A stretch of DNA of 64,000 nt from Candidatus Altimarinota bacterium (GCA_039809385.1 JBDHUY010000004.1:71298-135297), one strand, 5' to 3'; shown: positions 29,573 through 39,828, counted from the first letter of the stretch. Notes: a model not told the origin generated them from the sequence alone. Numbers and translations: made by a program.

Positions 29573-29673
29573 CAGGCAAGAGAATGACAATGGAAGGGCT
29601 TTCAGTGCTTTTTAGATTCTCTTCCTTCATTCGTTTCATTTCTTATTCCTTTTATTTTCTAACTTTTATTCCT

Positions 29674-30111
29674 ATGGCTCGCGTCAGCACCTACCTCAAT
29701 TTCATGGGGAAAACCGAAGAGGCTTTTAATTTCTACAAATCGGTCTTTGGCACCGAATTCATGGGTCCGATTCAGTATATGCGAGATGTCCCTCCCGCTC
29801 CGGATATGCCCAAGCTCAGCGAGGCCGAGATGAACATGGTCATGCATGTGGCGTTGCCGATCACCGGCGGACATGTGCTTATGGGCACCGATGCGCTCGA
29901 ATCGATGGGGCACAAGGTCAACTTTGGCAACAATATCAGCATCAATGTCGAGCCCGATACGCGTGCCGAGACCGATCGACTTTTTAAAGGGCTATCCGAA
30001 GGGGGCAACGTCAGTATGCAGCTCATGGAGATGTTTTGGGGCGGTTATTTCGGTTCGCTGACCGATAAGTTCGGAGTGCAGTGGATGTTTAATTGTGAGA
30101 GCAAGGTCTAG
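29674..30111 (+). CDS. VOC family protein (PhnB-like)
   Basis: YLNF, VMH and FWG.YFG.LTDKFGVQWM motifs. Confidence 0.9.
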   Translation: MARVSTYLNFMGKTEEAFNFYKSVFGTEFMGPIQYMRDVPPAPDMPKLSEAEMNMVMHVALPITGGHVLMGTDALESMGHKVNFGNNISINVEPDTRAETDRLFKGLSEGGNVSMQLMEMFWGGYFGSLTDKFGVQWMFNCESKV

Positions 30112-30162
30112 GGCGCAGGTTGCAGATTCCATTCAAAAGAATATTCTGTGTGTGGTTCAGAA

Positions 30163-30190
30163 GTAGGGGCACGGTGCACCGTGCCCCTAC
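30163..30190. repeat. GTAG-type REP palindrome
   Basis: GTAGGGGCACGGTGCACCGTGCCCCTAC is a perfect palindrome. Confidence 0.85.
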
Positions 30191-30218
30191 CAGCCGATTT
30201 TTGTGATCAATACTTTGT

Positions 30219-30746
30219 ATGAATAACAACCTGTCAATGCTTGCGACCGATGTCATCACTTTTTATGACAAGATGAAAGCGCATGGGATTCCCGTGTGGA
30301 TTGATGGCGGCTGGGGCGTCGATGCACTGCTGGGAAAACAAAGCCGTCCGCACGGAGATCTCGATATCGCGCTTGAACAAAAACATGAGCAAAAAGCTCG
30401 TGAGATACTGGCTCTTCAAGGGTATCGCGAAGTACGCAGGGATAATGATTGGAATTATGTCATGGGTGACGATAGCGGGCACGAGATCGATTTTCACGTT
30501 TTTGTTTTTGATGAAAAAAACCACGTAGTGGACGGAATACAATATCCGGATGGCGCCCTCGCCGGAACGGGAGTGATCGCCGGAGTAACCGTTCAGTGTA
30601 TTTCTCCCCAACACATGGTCAATTTTCACACCGGATATCAGCTCCGCGAAAGCGACATCCAGGATGTGACGGCGTTATGCGAAAAATTCTGTTTGGAATA
30701 TCCGACCGAATATATCTCTTTTAAAAAAGGACCTCAAGACGGATAA
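30219..30746 (+). CDS. Aminoglycoside/lincosamide nucleotidyltransferase-like protein (ANT(2'')/LnuA family)
   Basis: WIDGGWGVDALLG.Q.R.H.DLD, IDFH and FHTGY motifs. Confidence 0.85.
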   Translation: MNNNLSMLATDVITFYDKMKAHGIPVWIDGGWGVDALLGKQSRPHGDLDIALEQKHEQKAREILALQGYREVRRDNDWNYVMGDDSGHEIDFHVFVFDEKNHVVDGIQYPDGALAGTGVIAGVTVQCISPQHMVNFHTGYQLRESDIQDVTALCEKFCLEYPTEYISFKKGPQDG

Positions 30747-30805
30747 GGCGCGCCGTACCGCTACATATAGATATTTTATGATCAATTGTTTCTCCAGTAC
30801 GCTCC

Positions 30806-31459
30806 ATGAACAACACATCGTACTTTTCACTGCCATACCAGCTTGCGGATATCGATTGCGATGACGATACGCAGGTACGTTTTCCCCCTGCTTTTGCCGA
30901 AAGAATGATGCAAACGTATACTACTCCCGGAGAAAAGGTATTTGATCCCTTTGCCGGATTTGGCACCACGCTGATCGCGGCGCAGAATTTGGGACGTATC
31001 GGATATGGGATCGAGTATGAAGCAAAACGATACGCCTATATTCAAAAACAGCTGCAGCCGCCTTCTACCATTATGCACGGCAGCGCCCTGGAAATCGAAA
31101 CGTATGATCTACCGCTCTGCGACTTTTCTCTGACCTCGCCACCCTATATGCGGTCGTTCGATACCCAAAATCCGTTGTCCAATTATCATGCGGACGGCAG
31201 TTATGAACAATATCTTAAAGATATGGCGATCATCTATCGTCAGGTGCAAAAGATGATTAAACCGGGCGGCAGAATCGTTCTGGAAGTATCCAACACCTTT
31301 GGGGAGGGTCATCCTATGACACCCCTTGCTTGGGATATTGCCAAAGTGCTAAGTTCTTTTCTCTTTTTTGAACGCGAACTGATCTTCCTGCACGAATCCG
31401 GGAGCGAAACAAGTCCTGCGCAGCATAGTTACTGCTTGGTATTTCAAAATCGAGCATGA
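30806..31459 (+). CDS. Small N4/N6-type methyltransferase (DNA or RNA)
   Basis: DPFAGFGTT (motif I) followed by TSPPY (motif IV). Confidence 0.8.
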   Translation: MNNTSYFSLPYQLADIDCDDDTQVRFPPAFAERMMQTYTTPGEKVFDPFAGFGTTLIAAQNLGRIGYGIEYEAKRYAYIQKQLQPPSTIMHGSALEIETYDLPLCDFSLTSPPYMRSFDTQNPLSNYHADGSYEQYLKDMAIIYRQVQKMIKPGGRIVLEVSNTFGEGHPMTPLAWDIAKVLSSFLFFERELIFLHESGSETSPAQHSYCLVFQNRA

Positions 31460-31511
31460 TCCTATATCTTTCCCTTGATTCTCTATTCTAGCTTCCTGAT
31501 TCTTTTTCCCC

Positions 31512-31793
31512 ATGTGCCGCAATATCAAACCTCTGTTTAACTTTGCCCCGCCTGCCACCGAGGAGGAAATCCGGGCCGCCGCGTTGCAGTTTATCCGCAA
31601 GATCAGCGGTTTTCAAAAACCTTCTGAAGTCAATGCAGCAGCTTTTGATCAGGCAGTCGAGATGATTACTACCGTTTCGAGTCAGTTTCTTTCTACTCTC
31701 CGAACCAACGCTCCTTCCCGCAATCGCGAATACGAAGCGCTCAAGGCCAAGGAACGCTCGCTGAAACGGTTTGGGGTAGATAGATCTTACTGA
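31512..31793 (+). CDS. DUF2277 family protein
   Basis: MCRNIKPLFNFAPPATEEEI.AAALQF.RK.SG signature. Confidence 0.9.
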   Translation: MCRNIKPLFNFAPPATEEEIRAAALQFIRKISGFQKPSEVNAAAFDQAVEMITTVSSQFLSTLRTNAPSRNREYEALKAKERSLKRFGVDRSY

Positions 31794-31923
31794 TACGCTA
31801 TTTTTAACAAAAAGGGGGTTAAGTCTTTTTTGAGTGATATTTAATTAAATGATTTGTTTAAAATGTATAACAATGTTATCTTATCTTAGCTTTTTTAAAT
31901 AAACTAATATAATATCGCTATAT

Positions 31924-33114
31924 ATGAACCCAAGGACAAATCCATATGCACCGGGAGCAGGAAACCCGCCACCCGAACTTGTAGGTCGTGATCAAATCAT
32001 AGAAAAAGTACTTATCGAATTGGATCGCTGCCGCAATGGGCTAGCACACCGTAGCTTCCTAATGGTTGGTTTACGCGGAGTTGGAAAAACAGTTTTATTA
32101 AACCATCTTGCAAACGACACAGAAGCCAATGGTTTTGCTGTAGTATCAATTGAAACTCCGGAAAAACGCTCATTGCCTGCATTACTTGCACCAGCACTCA
32201 GATCTGCTTTATTAAGATTAGATAACTGGGCTGCAGCGGGTGATATGGCTAAAAAAGCATATAAAGTGTTAGGTAGCTTTGTGGCTGGAATGAAGGTGAA
32301 ATACCAGGATATTGAAGTTAGCTTAGATATGGGTAAGGAACATGGATTAGCTGACTCGGGTGATCTTGAAAATGATCTGACAGATCTTTTTATTCAAATG
32401 GGATTAGCAGCAAAAGAGCGAAAAACAGCTCTTCTGCTTTTTATTGATGAAATTCAATATATTAAAGAGAATGAATTTGCAGCTCTTATTATGGCTCTGC
32501 ATAAGTGTACTCAAAAACAGCTGCCTGTTACTATCATCGGTGCCGGTCTGCCACAATTGGTCGGGCAAGCTGGAAAAGCCAAATCTTACGCTGAGCGATT
32601 ATTTTTATACCCTGAAATTGGTCCTCTGGATAAAGAAGCGGCAACTAAAGCATTAACGGTGCCAGCAGCAAAACAGAATGTTGAATATTCCAAAGAAGCA
32701 TTACATGAAATTTTATTGCAGACAAAAGGATACCCATATTTTTTGCAAGAATGGGGAAAGCATAGCTGGCAATGTGCTGAAAATTCTCCTATTACTAAAG
32801 ATAACGCTCAACGGGCAACAATAACAGCAATAGCCGAATTGGATTCAAGTTTTTTTAGAGTACGTTTTGATCGACTGACACCGAGTGAAAAAAAATATCT
32901 TCGTGCTATGGCAGAACTCGGTCAGGGACCTCATAGATCCGGAGATATTGCCCATCTGTTAAAAAAGGAAGTTCAAGCAGTAGCACCAACTAGAGCAAAT
33001 TTAATAGGTAAGGGAATGATTTATAGTCCTGACCATGGCGATAATAGCTTTACTGTACCCTTATTTGACAGTTATATGAAACGTGTAATGCCTGCGTTAG
33101 ATTTAGAAAGCTAA
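31924..33114 (+). CDS. AAA+ ATPase with C-terminal winged helix
   Basis: NPYAPGAG, Walker A GLRGVGKT, Walker B IDEIQ, GYPYFLQ and FTVPLF. Confidence 0.88.
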   Translation: MNPRTNPYAPGAGNPPPELVGRDQIIEKVLIELDRCRNGLAHRSFLMVGLRGVGKTVLLNHLANDTEANGFAVVSIETPEKRSLPALLAPALRSALLRLDNWAAAGDMAKKAYKVLGSFVAGMKVKYQDIEVSLDMGKEHGLADSGDLENDLTDLFIQMGLAAKERKTALLLFIDEIQYIKENEFAALIMALHKCTQKQLPVTIIGAGLPQLVGQAGKAKSYAERLFLYPEIGPLDKEAATKALTVPAAKQNVEYSKEALHEILLQTKGYPYFLQEWGKHSWQCAENSPITKDNAQRATITAIAELDSSFFRVRFDRLTPSEKKYLRAMAELGQGPHRSGDIAHLLKKEVQAVAPTRANLIGKGMIYSPDHGDNSFTVPLFDSYMKRVMPALDLES

Positions 33115-33143
33115 TTTTTTTGTAAGCTCATTTTATTTATTCT

Positions 33144-34526
33144 ATGCATATCACTGCTAAAAACGTGTTTAGCATTCTCAAACAGTCCCTCAAAGGCGAG
33201 CAGCACGATTTTACCTCGGGCAGCATTTCCCGCGCGGTGTTTTTGCTGGCGGTTCCGATGATTCTGGAATTAAGCCTCGAAAGTATTTTTGCGGTAGTCG
33301 ATATCTTCTTTGTCAGTCAGCTGGGTGCTAACGCGATTGCCACGGTCGGTTTGACCGAGTCGGTCATCACGCTGATCTATTCAATCGCGATCGGTCTCAG
33401 TACTGCGGCCACGGCGATGGTTGCACGCCGGATTGGTGAAAAGAAGCCCGATCAGGCCGCGCATGCGGGGGCCCAGTCTATTCTCGTGGCGATACTTGTC
33501 GCGCTGGCGATCAGTATTTTGGGGGTCGTGTTTGCGGCCGATATTCTGGCGTTTATGGGGGCGAGTTCCGAGGTCGTGCGGGAAGGAGTACCGTTCACGC
33601 GTATCATGTTTGGCGGCAGTCTTTCCATTGTGTTGTTGTTTCTGATCAATGGAATTTTCCGCGGTGCCGGCGACGCAGCCATGGCGATGCGCAGTTTGTG
33701 GATCGCCAGCGGGATCAATATTGTCTTATGTCCGATCCTGATCCATTTTATCGGCTTACCGGGAGCCGCGATCGCCACGGTGATCGGACGCAGCTCGGGA
33801 GTAGTGTACCAGTGCTATCATTTGTTGAAGGGGAAGGGGATTATGAAATTTGTGCGGCGTCATTTTTCCTTTGATTCCACTGTCATTCGATCACTGGCCC
33901 GGATTGCCTGGCCGGCGACGTTCCAGTTTCTGATCGCGAGCGGCAGCTGGATCATTTTGACCCGGCTGGTCGCCGAAACCGGAGGTACCGACGCGTCGGC
34001 AGGCTATCAGATCGCTTTTCGTAATTTTGTGTTCTTTATCTTGCCAGCCTGGGGCTTGAGTAACGCGGCTGCGACGCTGGTCGGACAAAATCTGGGGGCC
34101 AAGCAGTTTGAACGGGCTGAAAAAAGTGTCTGGCTGACGGCTAAATATAATGCGATCTGTATGGCGTTTGTGATGCTGCTGTTTGTGCTGCTTCCCGAGC
34201 CGATCATTCGGTTCTTTACTCAGGATGAACTGATTGTACCCTACGGTGTCCAGGCGCTCAGGATCATTGGTTCGGGCTATATCTTTTATGCGATTGCCAT
34301 GGTGATTACCCAGGCGCTGAACGGCGCGGGGGATACTAAAACACCGACACTGATTAACTTTGTCTGTTTCTGGCTCTTTCAGATCCCGCTGGCATACTTT
34401 TTAGCATTAGGTCTTAATTTAAAATCCGGCGGTGCGGTGGCGGCGATTCCGCTGGCTCAGCTGTTGGTGGCGATTATTGCGTGGTGGTATTTTAAACGGG
34501 GGAAATGGAAGGAAGTGCAGGTGTAG
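33144..34526 (+). CDS. MATE family efflux transporter
   Basis: About 12 TM helices; LAVPM, RGAGD, LVGQNLGA and NGAGDT motifs. Confidence 0.93.
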   Translation: MHITAKNVFSILKQSLKGEQHDFTSGSISRAVFLLAVPMILELSLESIFAVVDIFFVSQLGANAIATVGLTESVITLIYSIAIGLSTAATAMVARRIGEKKPDQAAHAGAQSILVAILVALAISILGVVFAADILAFMGASSEVVREGVPFTRIMFGGSLSIVLLFLINGIFRGAGDAAMAMRSLWIASGINIVLCPILIHFIGLPGAAIATVIGRSSGVVYQCYHLLKGKGIMKFVRRHFSFDSTVIRSLARIAWPATFQFLIASGSWIILTRLVAETGGTDASAGYQIAFRNFVFFILPAWGLSNAAATLVGQNLGAKQFERAEKSVWLTAKYNAICMAFVMLLFVLLPEPIIRFFTQDELIVPYGVQALRIIGSGYIFYAIAMVITQALNGAGDTKTPTLINFVCFWLFQIPLAYFLALGLNLKSGGAVAAIPLAQLLVAIIAWWYFKRGKWKEVQV

Positions 34527-34593
34527 AGAGAGTAATCTATAGGAAAACGCGGGCTGTATAATCTGAAAAGGATAATAACTAACTATTCTGTAC

Positions 34594-35124
34594 ATGCTCC
34601 TTATGCAGAACATTCTTCACAATTGCGGATCGTATCTTACCAGTATCGGTTTCGTCCCGGTCATAAAAGGCGATTTGACCTGGTATGAACGTACCGGAAA
34701 AACGCTCGGAATTTTGCCTTATGGAGATTATCTGTTCTTTCATACCGACGTATCTTCCCCCGAGGCTATAACCGCGCGTCATGAGGTTGATCGTGTTGTG
34801 ATAAATGCCCGGTATCGCGTTCCCAAGGCTTTACGATTGGCTGTTCCCAACATTGTTTCAATCTTTTTTCTCGAAGAATCGCCGACTTCCCAGATGATCG
34901 AACTGGTTCACCGCGCGACCCGCAATGTCGTCGGCGGCGAGATCCATGCGATTGTGCTCGTCGATCTGGCTACTCGCCAGATTCATTTGCCGAGTAACAC
35001 GAGTTATGTGTTGAACGTCCAGGGGATCGAGATTGCCAATAAATTAGCCGACAAAGCCGATCCCACAAATCGCGCCAACAGTATTTTGCAAGCTATGTTC
35101 ATATATGGTTTTTCTGCAAAATAA
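34594..35124 (+). CDS. Hypothetical protein
   Basis: 176-aa ORF, co-oriented with neighbours. Confidence 0.55.
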   Translation: MLLMQNILHNCGSYLTSIGFVPVIKGDLTWYERTGKTLGILPYGDYLFFHTDVSSPEAITARHEVDRVVINARYRVPKALRLAVPNIVSIFFLEESPTSQMIELVHRATRNVVGGEIHAIVLVDLATRQIHLPSNTSYVLNVQGIEIANKLADKADPTNRANSILQAMFIYGFSAK

Positions 35125-35200
35125 TGTTGTCGCCCGGTTCCTGCTGGCCAAGGATCAAAGACGGGCGTATACTGGTCATCGTATTTTTACGTGTATTGTC

Positions 35201-35458
35201 ATGTATAAAAATTGCCAAAGCTGTATGATGCCGCTCGGAAAGGATCCTTCCGGCGGCGCGACCAATGCCGACGGATCCAAAAACGAGATGTACTGCGGTT
35301 TATGCTACAGTCAGGGATCATTTGTGCATCCGGAATGGACCGTTCGACAGATGCAGCGATTTGTGGTCGAAAAAATGAAAGAGATGGGCATCCCGCGGTT
35401 TCTGGGGCGGTTTTTTGTTATGGGCATGCCCAGGTTGGAGCGGTGGAAACAACATTAA
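35201..35458 (+). CDS. Zinc-ribbon domain protein
   Basis: CQSCMMPL...YCGLCY..G.F and P.L.RW motifs. Confidence 0.85.
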   Translation: MYKNCQSCMMPLGKDPSGGATNADGSKNEMYCGLCYSQGSFVHPEWTVRQMQRFVVEKMKEMGIPRFLGRFFVMGMPRLERWKQH

Positions 35459-35467
35459 TCCTTGTCT

Positions 35468-35944
35468 ATGTCGCTTACCGATAAAATTTCTCTGGCGATT
35501 CAGCTGCTAACCCTGATCGCGGCAACCTATATCGGCGTTATCCAGAACCAGATCAATATCCGCCAGGCCAAGCTGCAGGATTTCGTGGCGATCGCCGCTT
35601 CTCCGGATCAGAGCGGCACGAAGATCACGTTGCTTAATACCGGCAAAACCAATCTCTATATCAACAAGATCGAGATCGGGAGCGAAACGTTTTCATATAC
35701 CCGTCCGCGGCTGCTGGCAACCGGCACGCTCGAATCGTCGTACTACTGGATCAATCCTCCTGCTACCCTGCCGCTCGATACCGATTTTGACCTGCGAGTT
35801 TATGTGACGGACGAATTCGGCGACCGTTGGGTGAGCGAACACGGCGGCCAGGTACATGAGTATACCAATACGGTTGACGGTAAAACTGTAACGAACCGGT
35901 TACTCAATATGTGGTCCTATCGCACCGAACCGGCCGGAACATAA
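35468..35944 (+). CDS. Hypothetical membrane-anchored protein
   Basis: N-terminal TM helix followed by a beta-rich domain. Confidence 0.6.
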   Translation: MSLTDKISLAIQLLTLIAATYIGVIQNQINIRQAKLQDFVAIAASPDQSGTKITLLNTGKTNLYINKIEIGSETFSYTRPRLLATGTLESSYYWINPPATLPLDTDFDLRVYVTDEFGDRWVSEHGGQVHEYTNTVDGKTVTNRLLNMWSYRTEPAGT

Positions 35945-35962
35945 CCCTTTTTTCTATCCGAT

Positions 35963-36385
35963 ATGCCCAGATATTGGCTGGTCGTCGTTTCCAAAGATCA
36001 TCTCATGCGTGGCCAAGAGTGGGGCGTCGTGCAGGCTAATCATGGCAAGGCCGCTCCGCTGAAACGGATGAAACCGGGAGATCTGGTCGTCTTCTATTCG
36101 CCGAAAGTCGCGTTTGCCGGCAAGGAACCTTTGCAAAAGTTTACGGCAATAGCTCGCGTGCGGGAAGGTGGGGTGTATCAAGTGGATATGGGCGGCGGCT
36201 TTACACCCTACCGCAGGGATGTCGAGTTTTTACCGGGGAACGAAGTACCTATTCAGCCGCTGATTGAGTCTTTGAGCTTTATACGCAACAAACAGAGCTG
36301 GGGATTTGTATTCCGATTCGGTTTTTTTGAAATCCCGGAGCAGGATTTCGAGACGATTCGAAAAGCAATGAGTGCCATGCCGTGA
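35963..36385 (+). CDS. EVE domain protein
   Basis: YWLVV, HGK.APL.RMKPGD..VFYSP and GFFEI...DF motifs. Confidence 0.9.
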   Translation: MPRYWLVVVSKDHLMRGQEWGVVQANHGKAAPLKRMKPGDLVVFYSPKVAFAGKEPLQKFTAIARVREGGVYQVDMGGGFTPYRRDVEFLPGNEVPIQPLIESLSFIRNKQSWGFVFRFGFFEIPEQDFETIRKAMSAMP

Positions 36386-36545
36386 TTGTCCGTCTTCAAT
36401 CTTGCTGTATCTTCTAACGAATTGCATAGCTTGGTTTCTGATACATAAAATTCTTTTTAAACTTAGCCCGGGGCTGAGAAATATATGTTGTCCCTGGAAC
36501 GGTTGGGTGTAGTATTCTTCCATATAACTTTTTATTTTTATTTGT

Positions 36546-36899
36546 ATGAAATTTACTTCAAGCAATCTGCCGATCGAAACCACATATCCCAAGCTGATTC
36601 GCGATCGTATTCCCGATATTATTGAAGCCAAGGGGCAGAAAGCCCGCGTTGAAACGGCTAAAGACGACAGAGAATTTCTCGATTATCTCCTCAAAAAAGC
36701 GGTGGAAGAGGCGGTAGAGCTTCAACATTCTCACGAAAAGGACAATCTGGAAGAAGAGGTCTCCGATCTACTGGAAATTATCGAGACTATTCTGCGGCTT
36801 CAAAAGATCGATATGAATGACATTCGTGCCATTCAGCAGCAAAAACGCGAAAAGAATGGAGGTTTCGAGAAGCGCCTAATCCTGTGGGAAATTATGTGA
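36546..36899 (+). CDS. MazG-like / PRA-PH nucleoside triphosphate pyrophosphohydrolase
   Basis: KLIRDRIP, EE..E, EE..DLLE and KR...GGF motifs. Confidence 0.88.
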   Translation: MKFTSSNLPIETTYPKLIRDRIPDIIEAKGQKARVETAKDDREFLDYLLKKAVEEAVELQHSHEKDNLEEEVSDLLEIIETILRLQKIDMNDIRAIQQQKREKNGGFEKRLILWEIM

Positions 36900-36921
36900 T
36901 TTTCTTATTTTTAAGTTTCTT

Positions 36922-37161
36922 ATGTCGTCTTCGAAATCCGTATCAGTCTGTATCCGTCGTTATACTACAGAAACCGAAGCTCACATCGATCTGGGATATT
37001 TACGGGCGCAGGGCATAAAAGGGTATATTTCCGGAACCTCCTCAAGCGCCTTTCGTCCGCACCTGGCTTTTTCGGGTATGGATCTGATGTTGTTTGTCAA
37101 AGAGACTGACGCCGCCCGGGCACTGGAGTTGTTAGACCGACCGGAAAAAGATCAGAAATAA
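36922..37161 (+). CDS. DUF2007-like putative signal transducing protein
   Basis: EAHI..GYLRAQGI and L.V...D..RA.E pattern. Confidence 0.7.
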   Translation: MSSSKSVSVCIRRYTTETEAHIDLGYLRAQGIKGYISGTSSSAFRPHLAFSGMDLMLFVKETDAARALELLDRPEKDQK

Positions 37162-37175
37162 CGCAATGGTATTCG

Positions 37176-37409
37176 TCATGGCCAATATTTATTGATCTCT
37201 TGTTCACATGCGGCTACTAACGTTCTTGTTTGTGCGGCGATGGTTTCAAATGCTGTTTGAAAAAGTTCTTCACGGAAATCCTGATCCGTCTTGCGTTTAA
37301 GAGCATCCCGAAGCTCATTCTTGTCAACATAACCCTCCATCAAGAGCTGCAAAGCGATAGCTTTCTTGTAATAGGCCGTATATTCTGGTAACTCGTAATG
37401 AGATGGCAT
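37176..37409 (-). CDS. Hypothetical protein
   Basis: 77-aa ORF with natural helical composition. Confidence 0.5.
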   Translation of the reverse strand: MPSHYELPEYTAYYKKAIALQLLMEGYVDKNELRDALKRKTDQDFREELFQTAFETIAAQTRTLVAACEQEINKYWP

Positions 37410-37659
37410 TACATTTTCGAGCTAGCGCGCACAGGATTGAATCATTCCGGTAATATACTCCCGTATTTCGGTAATGCTACGTAAATCTTTGTCTGAATCT
37501 TCGATAAGTGAAAGTCGATGCATAGGGACATATATGGAATGGAGATGTTCGATAATAATGTTCGATTTCGAACTGTCAATATTTCGAACACCCCGACTGT
37601 TTTTATGTGACAAATAAACTTGACATGTGTAATATGTTTCCATATATGTAGATAATCTT

Positions 37660-38037
37660 ATGCAAAACTCCAAAGGTGCTAACGTAATAGCTGCTTCTGG
37701 GTTGCTTCTCCTGGCTGGTGTGCTTCATTTGGTCGCCTTGCCCGAACGTTATGCTGCTATGCCCGCTTTGGGAGTGTTGTTTTTTGTACTGGCTGCTTTG
37801 CAAATCGGGGCCGGTTCTCTCTTCTTGCTTGTAAAAAAACATTCTCGGACTGTCTCGACGTTTGTCATTTTTTTGAATGCTTTTTTGATTCTGTTATGGA
37901 TCATTACGCAGCTGCTGCAGCAGGGGAACGAACCCATTACGTTTTTGAATATGGTCCGCAAGATTTCGGAACTTATCGTTATTGCGCTCTTATGGGCCGA
38001 CCAGCGACACCCTAAAAAAGCCTCCTCGGATCTCTAA
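37660..38037 (+). CDS. Hypothetical four-TM membrane protein
   Basis: AGVLH, Q, N and K..E pattern across four hydrophobic segments. Confidence 0.65.
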   Translation: MQNSKGANVIAASGLLLLAGVLHLVALPERYAAMPALGVLFFVLAALQIGAGSLFLLVKKHSRTVSTFVIFLNAFLILLWIITQLLQQGNEPITFLNMVRKISELIVIALLWADQRHPKKASSDL

Positions 38038-38085
38038 CGGTTCGCTTTACCATTCGTAAGCTTCTGAAAATGACTAATTCGGCTC

Positions 38086-39042
38086 TTAGAATCTGCCTAG
38101 TTCCCTTCGCGTCCGTACCGCCTCCAAAAAAGCTTCCTGCGCACTGAATTGGCACTGGTAATTATAACGTTTCCAGAGTTTCGATCCGTCGGTTATGATC
38201 GAATAAGCCATCAGACGGACCATAGCTGGAGTGAATGCTCCCAACCGCAGGTTCCAGACTATCCATGCGATGAAACGCATAAGGCCCAATGGAAAAGGGA
38301 ATACCGGCTTGTTTTGAATCTTAGCCAATTCCCGCAGCGCTACGGCGTCGCTGCACAAATTAAAGATACCGGTGATCTGCCGGTCAAACACGACTTTTTC
38401 AGTAAGAGTACACACATCCTTCTCGTGGATAAACTGAATCCGAGTATTAATGCCATTGAGCAGCAGAGCTACAGGTGCTTTGGTAAAACTGCTTACCACT
38501 CCGCCTTTTTTGTAATAACTAGGCCCTACCGCCGTCACCATTCTCAAAATTACTAAATTCATATCTTTGCGCTTTGGATACGCATTACAGAAACGCTCCA
38601 CCTGTTCTTTTTGCACCGCATACGAAAAATCGTGAGGACGAAGCGGACTTTCTTCGGTAAGTTTTTCAGGATTATCGGGATGGGCGCCGTAGACGCTGAT
38701 TGAACTGAAAAGAACGAACTGACGTACACTGCGGGCAGTATCGGCGGCTCGCAGTACATTTTCTGAACCTCTCACATTGACGCTCTGTTCGTATCTCTTG
38801 TCATGCTGCGGATCCATCAGATAGGCCAGATGCAAGACATGCGTCGGTTGTTCCTGGGCAAATACTTCGGCCAGACGACGCGGATTTCGAATGTCGCATT
38901 GATAAAACGAAAAAGATGACGTATCTCTTTCGAAAGGACGAGGGTGCACATCCAGCCCTATCACCGGAATATGCTGATTGCAAAAATGCGTGGCGAGAAA
39001 ATGAGCTACATAGCCGGAGGATCCGGTGATCAGAATTTTCAT
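38086..39042 (-). CDS. NAD-dependent epimerase/dehydratase (extended SDR)
   Basis: ILITGSSG, HLA, SSISVYG and Y...K motifs. Confidence 0.88.
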   Translation of the reverse strand: MKILITGSSGYVAHFLATHFCNQHIPVIGLDVHPRPFERDTSSFSFYQCDIRNPRRLAEVFAQEQPTHVLHLAYLMDPQHDKRYEQSVNVRGSENVLRAADTARSVRQFVLFSSISVYGAHPDNPEKLTEESPLRPHDFSYAVQKEQVERFCNAYPKRKDMNLVILRMVTAVGPSYYKKGGVVSSFTKAPVALLLNGINTRIQFIHEKDVCTLTEKVVFDRQITGIFNLCSDAVALRELAKIQNKPVFPFPLGLMRFIAWIVWNLRLGAFTPAMVRLMAYSIITDGSKLWKRYNYQCQFSAQEAFLEAVRTRRELGRF

Positions 39043-39089
39043 GAATATCGGTAAACAAAATCTGGAAAGTTTTTTTCTCGTTGTCTCTC

Positions 39090-39500
39090 TTAGATGCCTA
39101 CCAGATACAGATGAATGTTTTCCAGCATGAAACCCAGCACGCACCACACCGGAAAATAGGGAAGGTAGATATACCCGCTGATGTTCCCTTTGCCCTTATA
39201 TTCCCACGGACAATGCCCTACAAACGCCGTTACTAGAACTCCCGCTACGTATTCCAGTAGAAAAATGCCAAAGGCATACATAGATAGTCTTAGCAGAATC
39301 GAGTAATCGAATAACCACCAATGCAATGGCTCGAAAATGAAAAGCCCGCCCAGCGAGTACAGCGGAATAACCCATAGTTGCGTAAATCCTTGCAAATCCC
39401 GCTTTCGTTCAAAAATAAGAGCTTTTATGGCTGTGAACGCTACTTCGCAGCTGATCCCGATGGTAGTGTAGGCTACTGCGCGTGTGAGAGGATCCAACAT
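39090..39500 (-). CDS. Putative membrane protein (TMEM229/'ABC transporter permease'-like)
   Basis: EV.FTA, G.T.LW..P.Y, EY..G and CPWEY motifs. Confidence 0.7.
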   Translation of the reverse strand: MLDPLTRAVAYTTIGISCEVAFTAIKALIFERKRDLQGFTQLWVIPLYSLGGLFIFEPLHWWLFDYSILLRLSMYAFGIFLLEYVAGVLVTAFVGHCPWEYKGKGNISGYIYLPYFPVWCVLGFMLENIHLYLVGI

Positions 39501-39828
39501 GGAAATACTGTCTTAATTTTAGATAGTGACAATATTTTACTGGCAAACTTTCGGGGTGTAAAGAACACTCTACAGAAACGTCTTTATTAAAGGCACGATA
39601 CAAATGAGCCTGATACTGTAAAAGAGTATGGAATATTAAATAATGACAATCGATATTGTCGATCTTCTGACTTGTATTTTAATGTCTTATGTCGCAGCGA
39701 GCAGCTCTATGTCGGAAAACTTTTAGCCTGCTCAAGCAACTTTCCAAATAAACGAAGGGCGATTCTGTAAAAAAATGTCCGAGGTCGGCTCTACCTTTGA
39801 CGTTTTTTTTAGTATGTTTTATCCGTTC

